Shown here piece by piece: positions 47,587 through 56,492 of a stretch of 64,000 nucleotides of DNA; the first letter of the stretch is position 1, and each line of letters begins with the position of its first letter. The DNA is from a virus (lineage: Duplodnaviria; Heunggongvirae; Uroviricota; Caudoviricetes). The position numbers were made by a program, and so were the translations under genes. The notes under the pieces were generated by a model, which saw only the letters and a program-made list of their open reading frames with translations, was not told the origin of the DNA and made no database searches. Location: the IMG/VR virus record IMGVR_UViG_2537561875_000003. One strand, given 5' to 3'.

Positions 47587-47641
47587 GTAATCGCTCCTTG
47601 AGCATTATCACAGGCACTCAGCGAGTGCCTGCTGTAATGCC

Positions 47642-47887
47642 TTAGCTCGCCTGTTCTGCGATGGTATCAAACAGCGCCAGCGCCTCGGTCGACTCCTGAA
47701 CTGCTTTGATGGTCCGCGCCACCACTTCGGATTCAGTTGTCACGCGACTGTACTGCTGGATGAACAGCTGATATTTGAGCTGGCTATCCTGGACGAACTC
47801 AATCGCCTTAGCAGCGGCCGCGGTGTCGTAGTTCAGGGTGGAAAGCAGATTCAGTCGAATCTGTTCTGCCGGTGTGATCTCTGCCAT
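47642..47887 (-). CDS. Hypothetical protein
   Basis: 81 aa. Confidence 0.35.
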   Translation of the reverse strand: MAEITPAEQIRLNLLSTLNYDTAAAAKAIEFVQDSQLKYQLFIQQYSRVTTESEVVARTIKAVQESTEALALFDTIAEQAS

Positions 47888-48179
47888 GTTTTACCTCTGT
47901 GCGATGTGGGGAGCTTATCGAAGCCACTCGGCAGAATGGCTCCTGTAATGCTTTAGCTGCGGTGCTCCATTATTAGGAATGCCCCGCTACGCTTGTTATA
48001 TCCGAAATGTTACCTAAACTAACTTATGACTTTGCTCTGCCATGACAAAGTCTGCCGTTCTACCCGTGAGCTTATGGATGAGCCACTCTCAAGCCTTCCT
48101 GGCTCTCAGTTTTATTCTCAACCAGTAGAAAATAAACCAACTTCGTGGCTACAATCAGTCATTGGCTGGCTGTACAGCA

Positions 48180-48217
48180 CCCCGTAGCTTTGGGATTTCC
48201 TCCACGGGGTTTTTTAT
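48180..48217 (+). terminator. Intrinsic terminator on the plus strand (ccccgt...acgggg plus T6) in a noncoding stretch
   Basis: Stem at 48180-48185 / 48204-48209 followed by TTTTTTAT. Confidence 0.4.
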
Positions 48218-48284
48218 AACACTTAAGGCAGATGCTTCGGTTTAGCATTATCGAAGCCCCTTAGCTCAGGAGCTTCTGTAATGC

Positions 48285-48485
48285 CTACTGCTGGGCCCTG
48301 TGTTCGTAACGGGAAATGGTCTTGCCGTTTGCGTTCATCACATAGGCCACCTCCCCCTGCTTCAGGAACACGTTCTGGTCCATTCCAGACACTGAGATAC
48401 TCTGCTGATTGGGGTTGAAACCAACGCTCAGGCCGCTATGGATTTCTTCGCCGCCGCCAGGCGACATCACTTTTACTGTCAACAT
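48285..48485 (-). CDS. Small hypothetical protein (66 aa)
   Basis: AGGAGAAGAAGC-ATG RBS at the internal Met. Confidence 0.4.
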   Translation of the reverse strand: MLTVKVMSPGGGEEIHSGLSVGFNPNQQSISVSGMDQNVFLKQGEVAYVMNANGKTISRYEHRAQQ

Positions 48486-48611
48486 GCTTCTTCTCCTACT
48501 TCTGGTAATAAAAATGCCGCACGGTGGCGGCACTGATCGAATATCAGGATGTTGCAAAAAGTAACGCTCGCTTATCTTTGAGTTTTCACACAAAAAGTAA
48601 GGAGCGTTTTA

Positions 48612-48863
48612 ATGTCCGTTGATAATCAGAAACTTTTACAGAAAATCGTCGAGGAGCTGGAGTCACTCAAAGGTGAGACCGAGATCTTATCTATCGCTGT
48701 ATCCTGCCTCTTCAGCGAGTTGCCAACAGATAGCGCCAGTAACGTGAGGGCTAAATTCACAAAATCCGTGAATGAACTAAAAACAGCGGCAGCAGCTAGT
48801 CGGAGGAGGTCGCGTCGCGACGTATATTCAAAAGCTCTGTCAATGATGACCAAGCCTGAGTAA
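48612..48863 (+). CDS. Hypothetical helical protein
   Basis: AAGGAG RBS; 83 aa. Confidence 0.45.
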   Translation: MSVDNQKLLQKIVEELESLKGETEILSIAVSCLFSELPTDSASNVRAKFTKSVNELKTAAAASRRRSRRDVYSKALSMMTKPE

Positions 48864-49068
48864 TTTCGGCATCAAGGTTGCTAAGGAATACGCTTCTGGC
48901 ATCCTGCGTGTTCCTTTCCTCTTCCGGCTTTAATGCTGCCGGCACTGCAACAGAGATGTTGATCGGCAGGTTAAGGCTTCTCAGTTCATCCTTGAGCAGG
49001 CGCACCTTTTCGATGACTGAATCAATGGCGTTGTCATCAATTTCAATTACGAGTTTTCGTTCTTTCAT
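48796..49068 (-). CDS. Hypothetical protein
   Basis: GGAG RBS at the internal Met; converges on and overlaps the 48612-48863 gene. Confidence 0.4.
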   Translation of the reverse strand: MKERKLVIEIDDNAIDSVIEKVRLLKDELRSLNLPINISVAVPAALKPEEERNTQDARSVFLSNLDAEITQAWSSLTELLNIRRDATSSD

Positions 49069-49200
49069 AGATACTCCGTTCCGGGCATAAAAAGTCCCGC
49101 TATTGCCAGTCATCACGATTGAAAGTTGCCACAGAGTAGCGGGCAATATTTCTCCGCTATACTGTTAAATCGCCGAGCTCAACAGAACAGGAATGAAAAT

Positions 49201-49485
49201 ATGATCGATCATTACTATGTAACTCATGCTCAACTCCTGGCGCTGAGAAACGTTGTTGCTTTTATTGTGCAAACGATGCCTGAAGAACAAAAAGAGAGTG
49301 TCCTTCAGGTTTTGAAAAAATTTGCTGAAATAGAATTAATGGATGGTATCGACGCGCCGCCTACGAGTGATATCACCCCGAAAACAGTTGAGAAGTTAAA
49401 TAAAGCCTACAAGGCAATCTTCACTGACATTATCGATCTTTCAACGCCTGGCAGGAAATCTGCTTCAGCAAGCTACCTGCAATAG
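49201..49485 (+). CDS. Hypothetical protein
   Basis: Start at MIDHYY with AGGAATGA RBS. Divergent from 48796-49068. A weak terminator hairpin follows at 49508-49537. Confidence 0.4.
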   Translation: MIDHYYVTHAQLLALRNVVAFIVQTMPEEQKESVLQVLKKFAEIELMDGIDAPPTSDITPKTVEKLNKAYKAIFTDIIDLSTPGRKSASASYLQ

Positions 49486-49575
49486 CTCTCGACCTTATCT
49501 CCATGATGGCCAGAACGTTCTCGTCTGGCCCTTTCTCAAGTTTGCTCAGTCGAAATTCAATATTCTTTGCCTTGG

Positions 49576-49806
49576 TCATCGCGTAACCCTGCCGGTTAGT
49601 TGCGGGCAGTTAGCCTGCACTGATTTGTTTTGCGCCAGGATGTCACGCTTGGTCTGCTTATCCAGCACGTCGATATCGTGGTCGGTCAGGTAGATGACCC
49701 TCACCCAGCTGCAGGCCGTATCAACGACTACCGGGGCGGGTAAATCTTTCGCGCAGCTCGCGATCAACATCGTCATCGCCCATACGCTTAACGTCTTCCT
49801 GTACAT
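49576..49806 (-). CDS. o-spanin (Rz1-like lipoprotein), overlapping the i-spanin
   Basis: Lipobox LIASC; 76 aa. Confidence 0.6.
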   Translation of the reverse strand: MYRKTLSVWAMTMLIASCAKDLPAPVVVDTACSWVRVIYLTDHDIDVLDKQTKRDILAQNKSVQANCPQLTGRVTR

Positions 49807-49996
49807 CGCTTGCCTCTTTCACAACTTCCGCCTTACGTTCTGCCGCGGCGACGGTGGCGGCGGCGTTCTCTTCGGTACGCTGCTGATCGGCTTTGGCTTC
49901 TGCCTTACTGGTCCCGCGTGAATGACCAATGCCGAACGCACCAGCGATAGCACCCAGGATGACAACCACCAGCCCAGCAATAATTTCAAAGCTCAT
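49721..49996 (-). CDS. i-spanin (Rz-like)
   Basis: N-terminal TM plus a charged coiled coil. Confidence 0.6.
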   Translation of the reverse strand: MSFEIIAGLVVVILGAIAGAFGIGHSRGTSKAEAKADQQRTEENAAATVAAAERKAEVVKEASDVQEDVKRMGDDDVDRELRERFTRPGSR

Positions 49997-50340
49997 TGCT
50001 GCGGATCCTTCAGTTCGTCGGCCTTCTCTTTCAATGCTGGCTGGCGCACGTATTGCGATAGCACGGCCAGCACCACCAGCGCCGGGCTAATCAGTGCAAC
50101 GATGTTTGGCGGCAGGATATTTTTGATATCCGGCGGCAGCATCGCCCAGGCGTGCAGCGCAGCATCCGGGAACGACTGCGCCCATACACCAACCAGCGCG
50201 CCGATAGCTCCCAGCTTTACAGACCACGTTTTCAGCAGCAAGCTGGCATGCCCTACGAACTCCAGCCGGGTATATTTGCGAAGAAGTAACAGAACGAGCA
50301 CAGCCACCAGCACAAGCAAAGCGAAAATAATCATCTTCAC
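49993..50340 (-). CDS. Membrane lysis-accessory protein (LysB/antiholin-like)
   Basis: 115 aa with multiple TM segments, between endolysin and spanins. Confidence 0.4.
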   Translation of the reverse strand: MKMIIFALLVLVAVLVLLLLRKYTRLEFVGHASLLLKTWSVKLGAIGALVGVWAQSFPDAALHAWAMLPPDIKNILPPNIVALISPALVVLAVLSQYVRQPALKEKADELKDPQQ

Positions 50341-50876
50341 ATGACACGCTCCTTAACCCAGCCGTAGAGAAAATCCTCGTTGGCTTCGCGGCCCTCCGCC
50401 AGTTCGAGGTATCTGGCACCCTGGCTGCAGTTCAGCGCACGCAACAGAACCTGTTCACCCTCTTTCCCGCGGGCTGAAAGGTATCCCTTAAGCGCGGTGA
50501 TGGTTCGGGGGCCAATGGCGCCATCCGGGATCAGATCGGGGTATAGCTTCCCGCGCATGTTCAGAGCAGTGAGCCAGCGCTGGAAAAACTTACTGGCGAC
50601 GCTGGGCCCCATGTTCACGCCAGTGTCGCAAAGCTCATCCGCCAGTAACGTAGACAAACTCGCTACCTGGTCGAACCGGGGGCCGGTCCAGTAATCGCTC
50701 AGCAGGATTTGCTTTGCTGTTTCCCTTGGCAGGTTTCGCATATCACCGGTGTAGCCATGCGCACGGGCGGTGGTTTGCGTGATGCCCCAGCGGGTTGGCC
50801 CGCCTTTATCAGAGGGGTGATCGACATAACCACCCTCTTTGCCGAGGATCCCCTCGATAATCTGGTCTGCTGTCAT
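50337..50876 (-). CDS. Endolysin (GH108 N-terminal domain plus peptidoglycan-binding domain)
   Basis: GH108 motifs (EGGYVDHPSDKGGPTRWGIT). Confidence 0.75.
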   Translation of the reverse strand: MTADQIIEGILGKEGGYVDHPSDKGGPTRWGITQTTARAHGYTGDMRNLPRETAKQILLSDYWTGPRFDQVASLSTLLADELCDTGVNMGPSVASKFFQRWLTALNMRGKLYPDLIPDGAIGPRTITALKGYLSARGKEGEQVLLRALNCSQGARYLELAEGREANEDFLYGWVKERVM

Positions 50877-51184
50877 GGCGCCTTGACTCCGGTAATGCGC
50901 TCCCAGAAATAGGTCAAAGCAACAGAACCCATTGCCCCGCTAATCCCGGAAGTGGCCAGTATCATGTAAATGCTCAGTCCGCTTTCAATGCTCACCAGGC
51001 CAGCAATAACGCCGGTAAACCCTGAAACCACCATTTGGGCAAGAGCATTGATCAAGCTCCATGTTGCCTTGCTCTGCTTCACATCTATCAGGTAGCGGAC
51101 AAGTCCACCCCAGCAAGCAATAATCAGCAGAACCAGCCAGGACATCCCGGCAATGCTCTCTTTGTCTTGCATACGTTTAGCCAT
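50873..51184 (-). CDS. Holin
   Basis: 103 aa, about 3 TM, upstream of and coupled to the endolysin. Confidence 0.6.
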   Translation of the reverse strand: MAKRMQDKESIAGMSWLVLLIIACWGGLVRYLIDVKQSKATWSLINALAQMVVSGFTGVIAGLVSIESGLSIYMILATSGISGAMGSVALTYFWERITGVKAP

Positions 51185-51349
51185 AGTTACCGCCTCCGAT
51201 GAAAGATCGGGAAGCTGAGTGAATAAATGTGCGGGCTCTGCGCAAGCGCCCTGCGATTGGGTTATGAACCGTCGCAGGTGAGCCCTGTATGGGGAAAGGC
51301 CGCCAGATGGATTTACGACAAAGCACAGAGTGAGTGACGTTCTGGCGGC

Positions 51350-51385
51350 ACAAATAAAAAAGGCCGCGCTAATGCGCAGCCTGTT
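51350..51385 (-). terminator. Intrinsic terminator on the minus strand upstream of the lysis cassette (ggctgcgcattagcgcggcc plus U-run)
   Basis: Hairpin followed by TTTTTTATTTG on the minus strand. Confidence 0.4.
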
Positions 51386-51457
51386 ATTGTCGTGGGTAAT
51401 ATTTTTACGTCACTTAAGGAAAGCTACTACCGAAATAGCCAGTATGTAGGTGCCAGA

Positions 51458-51703
51458 TTACTTACCAAGTGCTTTTTTTACCTCTTCTGGCATGGAATCC
51501 CGAAGTTTCGTCGCTTCCAAAAAATATGATGTCAGCATTTTCATTACATCCAATTCCAGCATGCTTTCTTCACCGCCACGTCGAACCCTGGCAATAATCT
51601 CCTTTACCTGGGCCACAGGGGGAGCCACCGGAGCCATATGTTTAACCATTGCTTCTGCTACTATCTTTGCCTTTTGATTCGGATCTAATGGTTTATTTTC
51701 CAT
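51458..51703 (-). CDS. Hypothetical protein
   Basis: 81 aa. Confidence 0.3.
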   Translation of the reverse strand: MENKPLDPNQKAKIVAEAMVKHMAPVAPPVAQVKEIIARVRRGGEESMLELDVMKMLTSYFLEATKLRDSMPEEVKKALGK

Positions 51704-51899
51704 AACTGATATCTCCTGATCTGGGAGAGTTTGTTATAGCGCGTAATCTTCCCCCAGAAAAGCAAAAACCCCGCCGGTTGGCAGGGTTCAGAATCAGTTT
51801 CATTTGGATGTACGTATCCATGATTAGAAGCATACAGGACACTTTTATGCAAAGTCAACATTAACGTGCAAAAAAATGTCGCCATTTGCTCCGATCACA

Positions 51900-52682
51900 T
51901 TAGTAAGTCGTTGCCTTCTCGAATTCTACAGCCGCTTGTCGCTCACCCTTACGCAGCATGTCCACCAGCCCCTCATAGAACGGTTTCCAGTTGCGTGACC
52001 ACGAAGACTGATGGAGATCAGGGAGACGCTTCAGAATGGCGCGGTGAACCGTCGCTGAGGGTACAACAGAGAAGCCATTTCCAGAGCAGCGCTCACATGT
52101 TTTGAAAACCGGTGCGCCAAGTTCTTTGGTCGCTTTGCGATCTAACACCTCCCCTTTACCACCACACCTGCATCGCGCATGGATCACTTTCTTTCCTCCA
52201 CACACTCCACAGACCCTTTTCACCAGTTCATTTTTAATCTTTGGGGCCTTCACCTCGACACCGTCTGCATCGAAAATACCAGGGTGCTTAATTACATCTT
52301 CATGGCGGGAAATAAAGCCGGTACCGCTGCAGTTGTGACACGTTGCGCTGGTGGCCGCCGAACGTGAGTATTCCGCAAAGGCAAATTGCGCCAGCGTAAA
52401 CATGCAGCCTCCGAGCTCGTCACCAGCGGCTTTGCGGACATTTTTAGGAGCGTTTTTGATGGCAAACTGCGCCAGCGCTTGAACTGCGAGCTGTTCATCC
52501 GTTTTGCTGATACCAGCCTTTCCGAAGAAAGCGGCCAAGCCGAAGCGTGCCCTGCTGCTGGTCACACCGATCCCGGTCATAATGTCTGTGCCATTCAGGC
52601 GATTCGGCGATGTGCTTTTCACGTCGTCGCTGATATGCATCCCCTGCGGGCTAAAGTGTTTGAGGGAGGCTTCCAGTTTCAT
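51900..52682 (-). CDS. Putative late regulator in the Q position, with four CxxCxGxG (DnaJ-type) zinc-finger repeats
   Basis: CHNCSGTG, CGVCGGKK, CRCGGKG, CERCSGNG. Upstream of a candidate late promoter/terminator pair and the lysis genes. Confidence 0.4.
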   Translation of the reverse strand: MKLEASLKHFSPQGMHISDDVKSTSPNRLNGTDIMTGIGVTSSRARFGLAAFFGKAGISKTDEQLAVQALAQFAIKNAPKNVRKAAGDELGGCMFTLAQFAFAEYSRSAATSATCHNCSGTGFISRHEDVIKHPGIFDADGVEVKAPKIKNELVKRVCGVCGGKKVIHARCRCGGKGEVLDRKATKELGAPVFKTCERCSGNGFSVVPSATVHRAILKRLPDLHQSSWSRNWKPFYEGLVDMLRKGERQAAVEFEKATTY

Positions 52683-53155
52683 TCTTCGCACTCCCCGACC
52701 AGGTTCAAAATAATGCAATCAAACAGCGAATCCCGTTCCTCAAAATAGTCACATGCCAGTAACCACTTGCAGACTGTTAATGCTTCAGCCCGGGTAACAG
52801 GTTTCATGACGCACAAAAGGTCAGTGAGCCACCCACGCCGATCCCAGATAATCTGGACGTAGCCATCGCCATTTTGTGTTTTATACCTGTGACGAAGTAC
52901 AGATTCCCAATAATCCCATTCAATGGTTACATCGCTTAATGTCCAGGGAGAGAGGAGGATGTTTTTAAAACCTTTTATTTCTCTTACGCGAAGTTCTTCT
53001 GCCTCACGACTTAAGTTTTTTTCATCGGCCCAGTTTGCATAAATATGACTGAAGCACTCCATAACAAGACGCTCAGCATCAGTAATTTTCTCAGGCGAAA
53101 AGTCCTGTTCGATGGTGAAGAATTGGTTATGTTGCAGATTGTTATTGTTCATCAT
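52679..53155 (-). CDS. Hypothetical protein
   Basis: 158 aa, coupled. Confidence 0.35.
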   Translation of the reverse strand: MMNNNNLQHNQFFTIEQDFSPEKITDAERLVMECFSHIYANWADEKNLSREAEELRVREIKGFKNILLSPWTLSDVTIEWDYWESVLRHRYKTQNGDGYVQIIWDRRGWLTDLLCVMKPVTRAEALTVCKWLLACDYFEERDSLFDCIILNLVGECEE

Positions 53156-54114
53156 ACTGCCACCTTTTTATAGAAAACTTGTTCACGAACCTGATCGCCG
53201 TTCATAAGCATATCATTGAAATCTCCGTTATCCGGCCAGCGTATGCTGACTTTCACCAGGTCGTTTTTCGCCAGCAGGTTTGCGTGGGCGCACTCGAACG
53301 CCGCGGCATGTCCAGTTGCAGAGTGCTTGTCCATGTCGGCAAAAATAATCAGATGCTTCACACCCGCCGGTACCCGGAATTTCTTCATAAACCCGCTGTT
53401 GATTACCGCCCAGGTATTGACGCCATAAACCTGATTACAGGAGAGTGCTGTTTCGATACCTTCGGCGATGCCGATCGTCGTTGATACCGGAAACATGCGA
53501 ATGGCCACAGAGCGGGCGTGATCCAGATAGCTGTCCTCTTGAAGCGACTTAAGACGTTTGGCGCTATCAATATCTGCCTTCCTGTCGCCGTCCAGCAGCG
53601 TCTGGTGCAGGTAACAAAGCTCAGCTTTGTCATCGGTAGCCAGGGCATACAGAGCTTGATAAACGCGCCCCGCATGGCGTTGGCGGTCACAAAAACGGAT
53701 GCCTTCTGCCGGCAGGCGGCTTATCCCACGTTGCAGAAGGTAACCAGCCGCGCTAGTTCCCCTTAAATCGAGCAACTTTGAAAACTTACTAATGACTCGC
53801 TGGCGCTGCCGCGCCGCCGAACTGTTAGCAGGCACGTTGATGCGCTGATAGTTATTCCCGATGAGCTGGTCCACTTCTGCGCAGATGGCGGAAAAGCTTT
53901 TTGACTGGGTAAGGGTCAGCAGCTTCATACCGTCGCCGCTACCGCATACGCAAATCCATGTGCCCTGACCATCACGGTCATCTACGCGGAACTTCCCCCT
54001 CGCCTTACATACCGGACACTCACCTTTGTAATGGTGTTTCCCGGTGAAAGGAGGTAAGCCGTAATATTCAAAGATTTCAGCCCACCGGCCTTTTGCAGCT
54101 TCTGCTGTTTTCAT
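53152..54114 (-). CDS. DNA primase (zinc-ribbon plus TOPRIM)
   Basis: CPVCKARGKF...WICVCG zinc ribbon; TOPRIM acidic motifs (IIFADMD). Confidence 0.7.
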   Translation of the reverse strand: MKTAEAAKGRWAEIFEYYGLPPFTGKHHYKGECPVCKARGKFRVDDRDGQGTWICVCGSGDGMKLLTLTQSKSFSAICAEVDQLIGNNYQRINVPANSSAARQRQRVISKFSKLLDLRGTSAAGYLLQRGISRLPAEGIRFCDRQRHAGRVYQALYALATDDKAELCYLHQTLLDGDRKADIDSAKRLKSLQEDSYLDHARSVAIRMFPVSTTIGIAEGIETALSCNQVYGVNTWAVINSGFMKKFRVPAGVKHLIIFADMDKHSATGHAAAFECAHANLLAKNDLVKVSIRWPDNGDFNDMLMNGDQVREQVFYKKVAV

Positions 54115-54115
54115 A

Positions 54116-55774
54116 TCACTGACTCACTCTGTTTACGTTTTCCTGAAACTTTCGTTTTGCTTCGATAATTAATTGCCCATCGCTACCCTCAGGAGGCTCA
54201 TATTTGATACTGGCGCTCGGAGGTGGAAATAGATCCTGGTCAGGTTTCTTCCCCATCTGCTGCAGGCGTTCGCGGCGTTTAGCAAATTTGATAAGTTTGT
54301 GTTTGATGTGATTGCTGACCTCCGGTGTGATCTCCATTGGAAAGTCGCTTAAGCCGTTGGGCCATTCGCCGAATTTCTCCTGAAAGGTATGAGCACACCA
54401 GCCATCGCTGACAGGTTTCCCCTGCGCCGCACGATGACGCTGGTAAAACTTGATCTGACTCCACCAGGACTGCTTGTCGCTTTTGGTATAAACCGTTTCG
54501 TGCTTGCTCATTTTTTTGATGTTGCGGGTGCCGTCAGTCTCGACGTCCTGACCAACGAGCGGTTTAAATCCGCACTTTGGGCAGACGTAAACGCCGGATG
54601 GCTTCATGAAATGACATTCGGGGCATTCTTTCGGAAGTTTTTCTTCGCGTTCCTTAGTTGCGCCGGCAGCGGCCGCTTTCATGCCGTCGTTTTTGGATGG
54701 CAGATCGTCGTATTCGATGGAGTCAGGGAAGCCGAGGCGATGCACAGTGCCACTGTGATCAAAAATCAGGCAGGCATCTTTCCCGGGTGCAGTTCGCAGT
54801 CCGCGGCCAAGCGCCTGCAACCAGCGGATTTCACTCTTTGTCGGCCGGGCGTAGATAATGCAGCGAACATCGCTATCAAAACCGGCTACCAAAACACCAA
54901 CACTGACGATTATTTTTGTGGCGCCAGTCTCGAAGCGATGAATCATCACCTGCCGTTCTTCGTGGGGTGTTTCTGCGACCATGACCTCAGCATTAATACC
55001 CGCCTTGTTAAACTGCATGGTTACAAAGTTTGCGTGAGCCTTGTTAACGCAGAACGCCACCGTAGGAAGGTCACGACCATGACGAAGCCAGTTATCGACG
55101 ATATCGCCCACCAGGTCAGAACCGCACATGATTTCCGCCAGCTGGGACTCGTCGTAATCAGTACCGAACTCTATAGATGGCTTTGTTTCTACCCCGCTAA
55201 GATCTGGTTTTGTTGGGGCGAAAAATTCGTACTTACTGAGGTCACCACGCTGGATCAATTCGCCAATCGTCGTTGGCTTAATCAGGTGTTGATAGTAATG
55301 GCCCAGGAACGGCGCAAAAGGGGTACCAGATAAACCGATAACCTTCGCTTTTTTCTCCGCTGTGATCCGTTCGATTTCTTTCAGGATACGGCGTTTACGC
55401 AGGTGCGCCTCATCGACAATAAGCAGATCGATGTTTTTGGGAAATTCACGCCTAATGAGCGTGTCAGCACTCGCAATCTGGATCAGCAGATTAGGGTCGT
55501 AGTTCGGGTGATCACGCCAAATAAAACTAATCTGGTCTTCCGGCAACCCGTATTCTGTAAAGCGCTGGGCGGTCTGGTTAATCAGGATCGTATACGGGGC
55601 GACAAACAGAACACGCATACCACGACTGACCAGGCCGGAAGCGATAAACGCAGCCAGGCCTGTTTTTCCGCTTCCGGTCGGTGCGTAGACCATGAAGGAA
55701 TCGTGCGCCTTCCAGGTGCGCCGCAGCATGTTAAGCCCGCGTTCCTGTGCAAAGTTCGGTGTGATGTTAAGCAT
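54116..55774 (-). CDS. SF2 DEAD/DEAH-box helicase
   Basis: Walker A (APTGSGKT), DEAH box (LLIVDEAH), and a C-terminal zinc ribbon (CPECHFMKPSGVYVCPKCG). Confidence 0.8.
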   Translation of the reverse strand: MLNITPNFAQERGLNMLRRTWKAHDSFMVYAPTGSGKTGLAAFIASGLVSRGMRVLFVAPYTILINQTAQRFTEYGLPEDQISFIWRDHPNYDPNLLIQIASADTLIRREFPKNIDLLIVDEAHLRKRRILKEIERITAEKKAKVIGLSGTPFAPFLGHYYQHLIKPTTIGELIQRGDLSKYEFFAPTKPDLSGVETKPSIEFGTDYDESQLAEIMCGSDLVGDIVDNWLRHGRDLPTVAFCVNKAHANFVTMQFNKAGINAEVMVAETPHEERQVMIHRFETGATKIIVSVGVLVAGFDSDVRCIIYARPTKSEIRWLQALGRGLRTAPGKDACLIFDHSGTVHRLGFPDSIEYDDLPSKNDGMKAAAAGATKEREEKLPKECPECHFMKPSGVYVCPKCGFKPLVGQDVETDGTRNIKKMSKHETVYTKSDKQSWWSQIKFYQRHRAAQGKPVSDGWCAHTFQEKFGEWPNGLSDFPMEITPEVSNHIKHKLIKFAKRRERLQQMGKKPDQDLFPPPSASIKYEPPEGSDGQLIIEAKRKFQENVNRVSQ

Positions 55775-55940
55775 TGTCAGCCCTTTTTGAGTTCTACTTT
55801 TCCAGGAAGAAACCTTCCCTACCTCTTATCGGGATCCCGCGTACCAGTTTGCTAGTGCACCGCTCTTTTATGGCTCTGCCTTCAAGATCGGTACCTACTT
55901 AACCCATGTACCTGTCTATTGGAAAAGGACGCTATTCCTG

Positions 55941-55990
55941 CCCTAACTCCCAACTCCCCCCAAACCCCCCTCTTCCCTCTTCCCCATCCC
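55941..55990. repeat. Strongly strand-biased poly-C tract (G-rich on the minus strand; G-quadruplex candidate)
   Basis: ccctaactcccaactccccccaaacccccctcttccctcttccccatccc inside a 300-bp noncoding region. Confidence 0.6.
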
Positions 55991-56083
55991 ATGTACTCGC
56001 AATCTGGTACGCAGAACAAAAAACAGTCAAGGTGGTTACCCTGCTATCACCCGGCACCTTTAAGCCCGGTGACAATCGGATCG

Positions 56084-56368
56084 TTACCGTGATCCGGCCA
56101 GGGGTGGCTGGGTCGTATACCCCTGCAGTGCGCGTCCGTGCGCATCCACGAATCTGCGAAGCCTCACATTGGCTTCATGCCGAGCTCGGTTCTCCTGTCG
56201 GAATGAAACGGGCTCGGCGTTAAACTCAATTTCGTAAACCTCTGAATACTTCAGAGCTATTTTCCGGCGCAGTGATGAAGGCAATCTCAACAACTGCTCC
56301 TGTATCCACTGAGCATCCGCATGGCAGTAAAGCGCTGGCATTTCAACCCTGACGAAATCCTGTTGCAT
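56084..56368 (-). CDS. Hypothetical early protein
   Basis: 94 aa. Confidence 0.35.
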   Translation of the reverse strand: MQQDFVRVEMPALYCHADAQWIQEQLLRLPSSLRRKIALKYSEVYEIEFNAEPVSFRQENRARHEANVRLRRFVDAHGRALQGYTTQPPLAGSR

Positions 56369-56492
56369 TGCTTACTCTGCCCGCTTCGCAATGAGGTAAA
56401 AAATCCCGCTTATTGGGTCATACCTGATGCTGCGTGGCAGCAACTTCAGGAAGTAGCGCGGATCAGGCATAGCGGTTGACTGTTGTGACATG

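Noticed and set aside
54389-55333. 314-aa plus-strand ORF
   Set aside because: Antisense to the SF2 helicase gene, which has clear Walker A and DEAH motifs.
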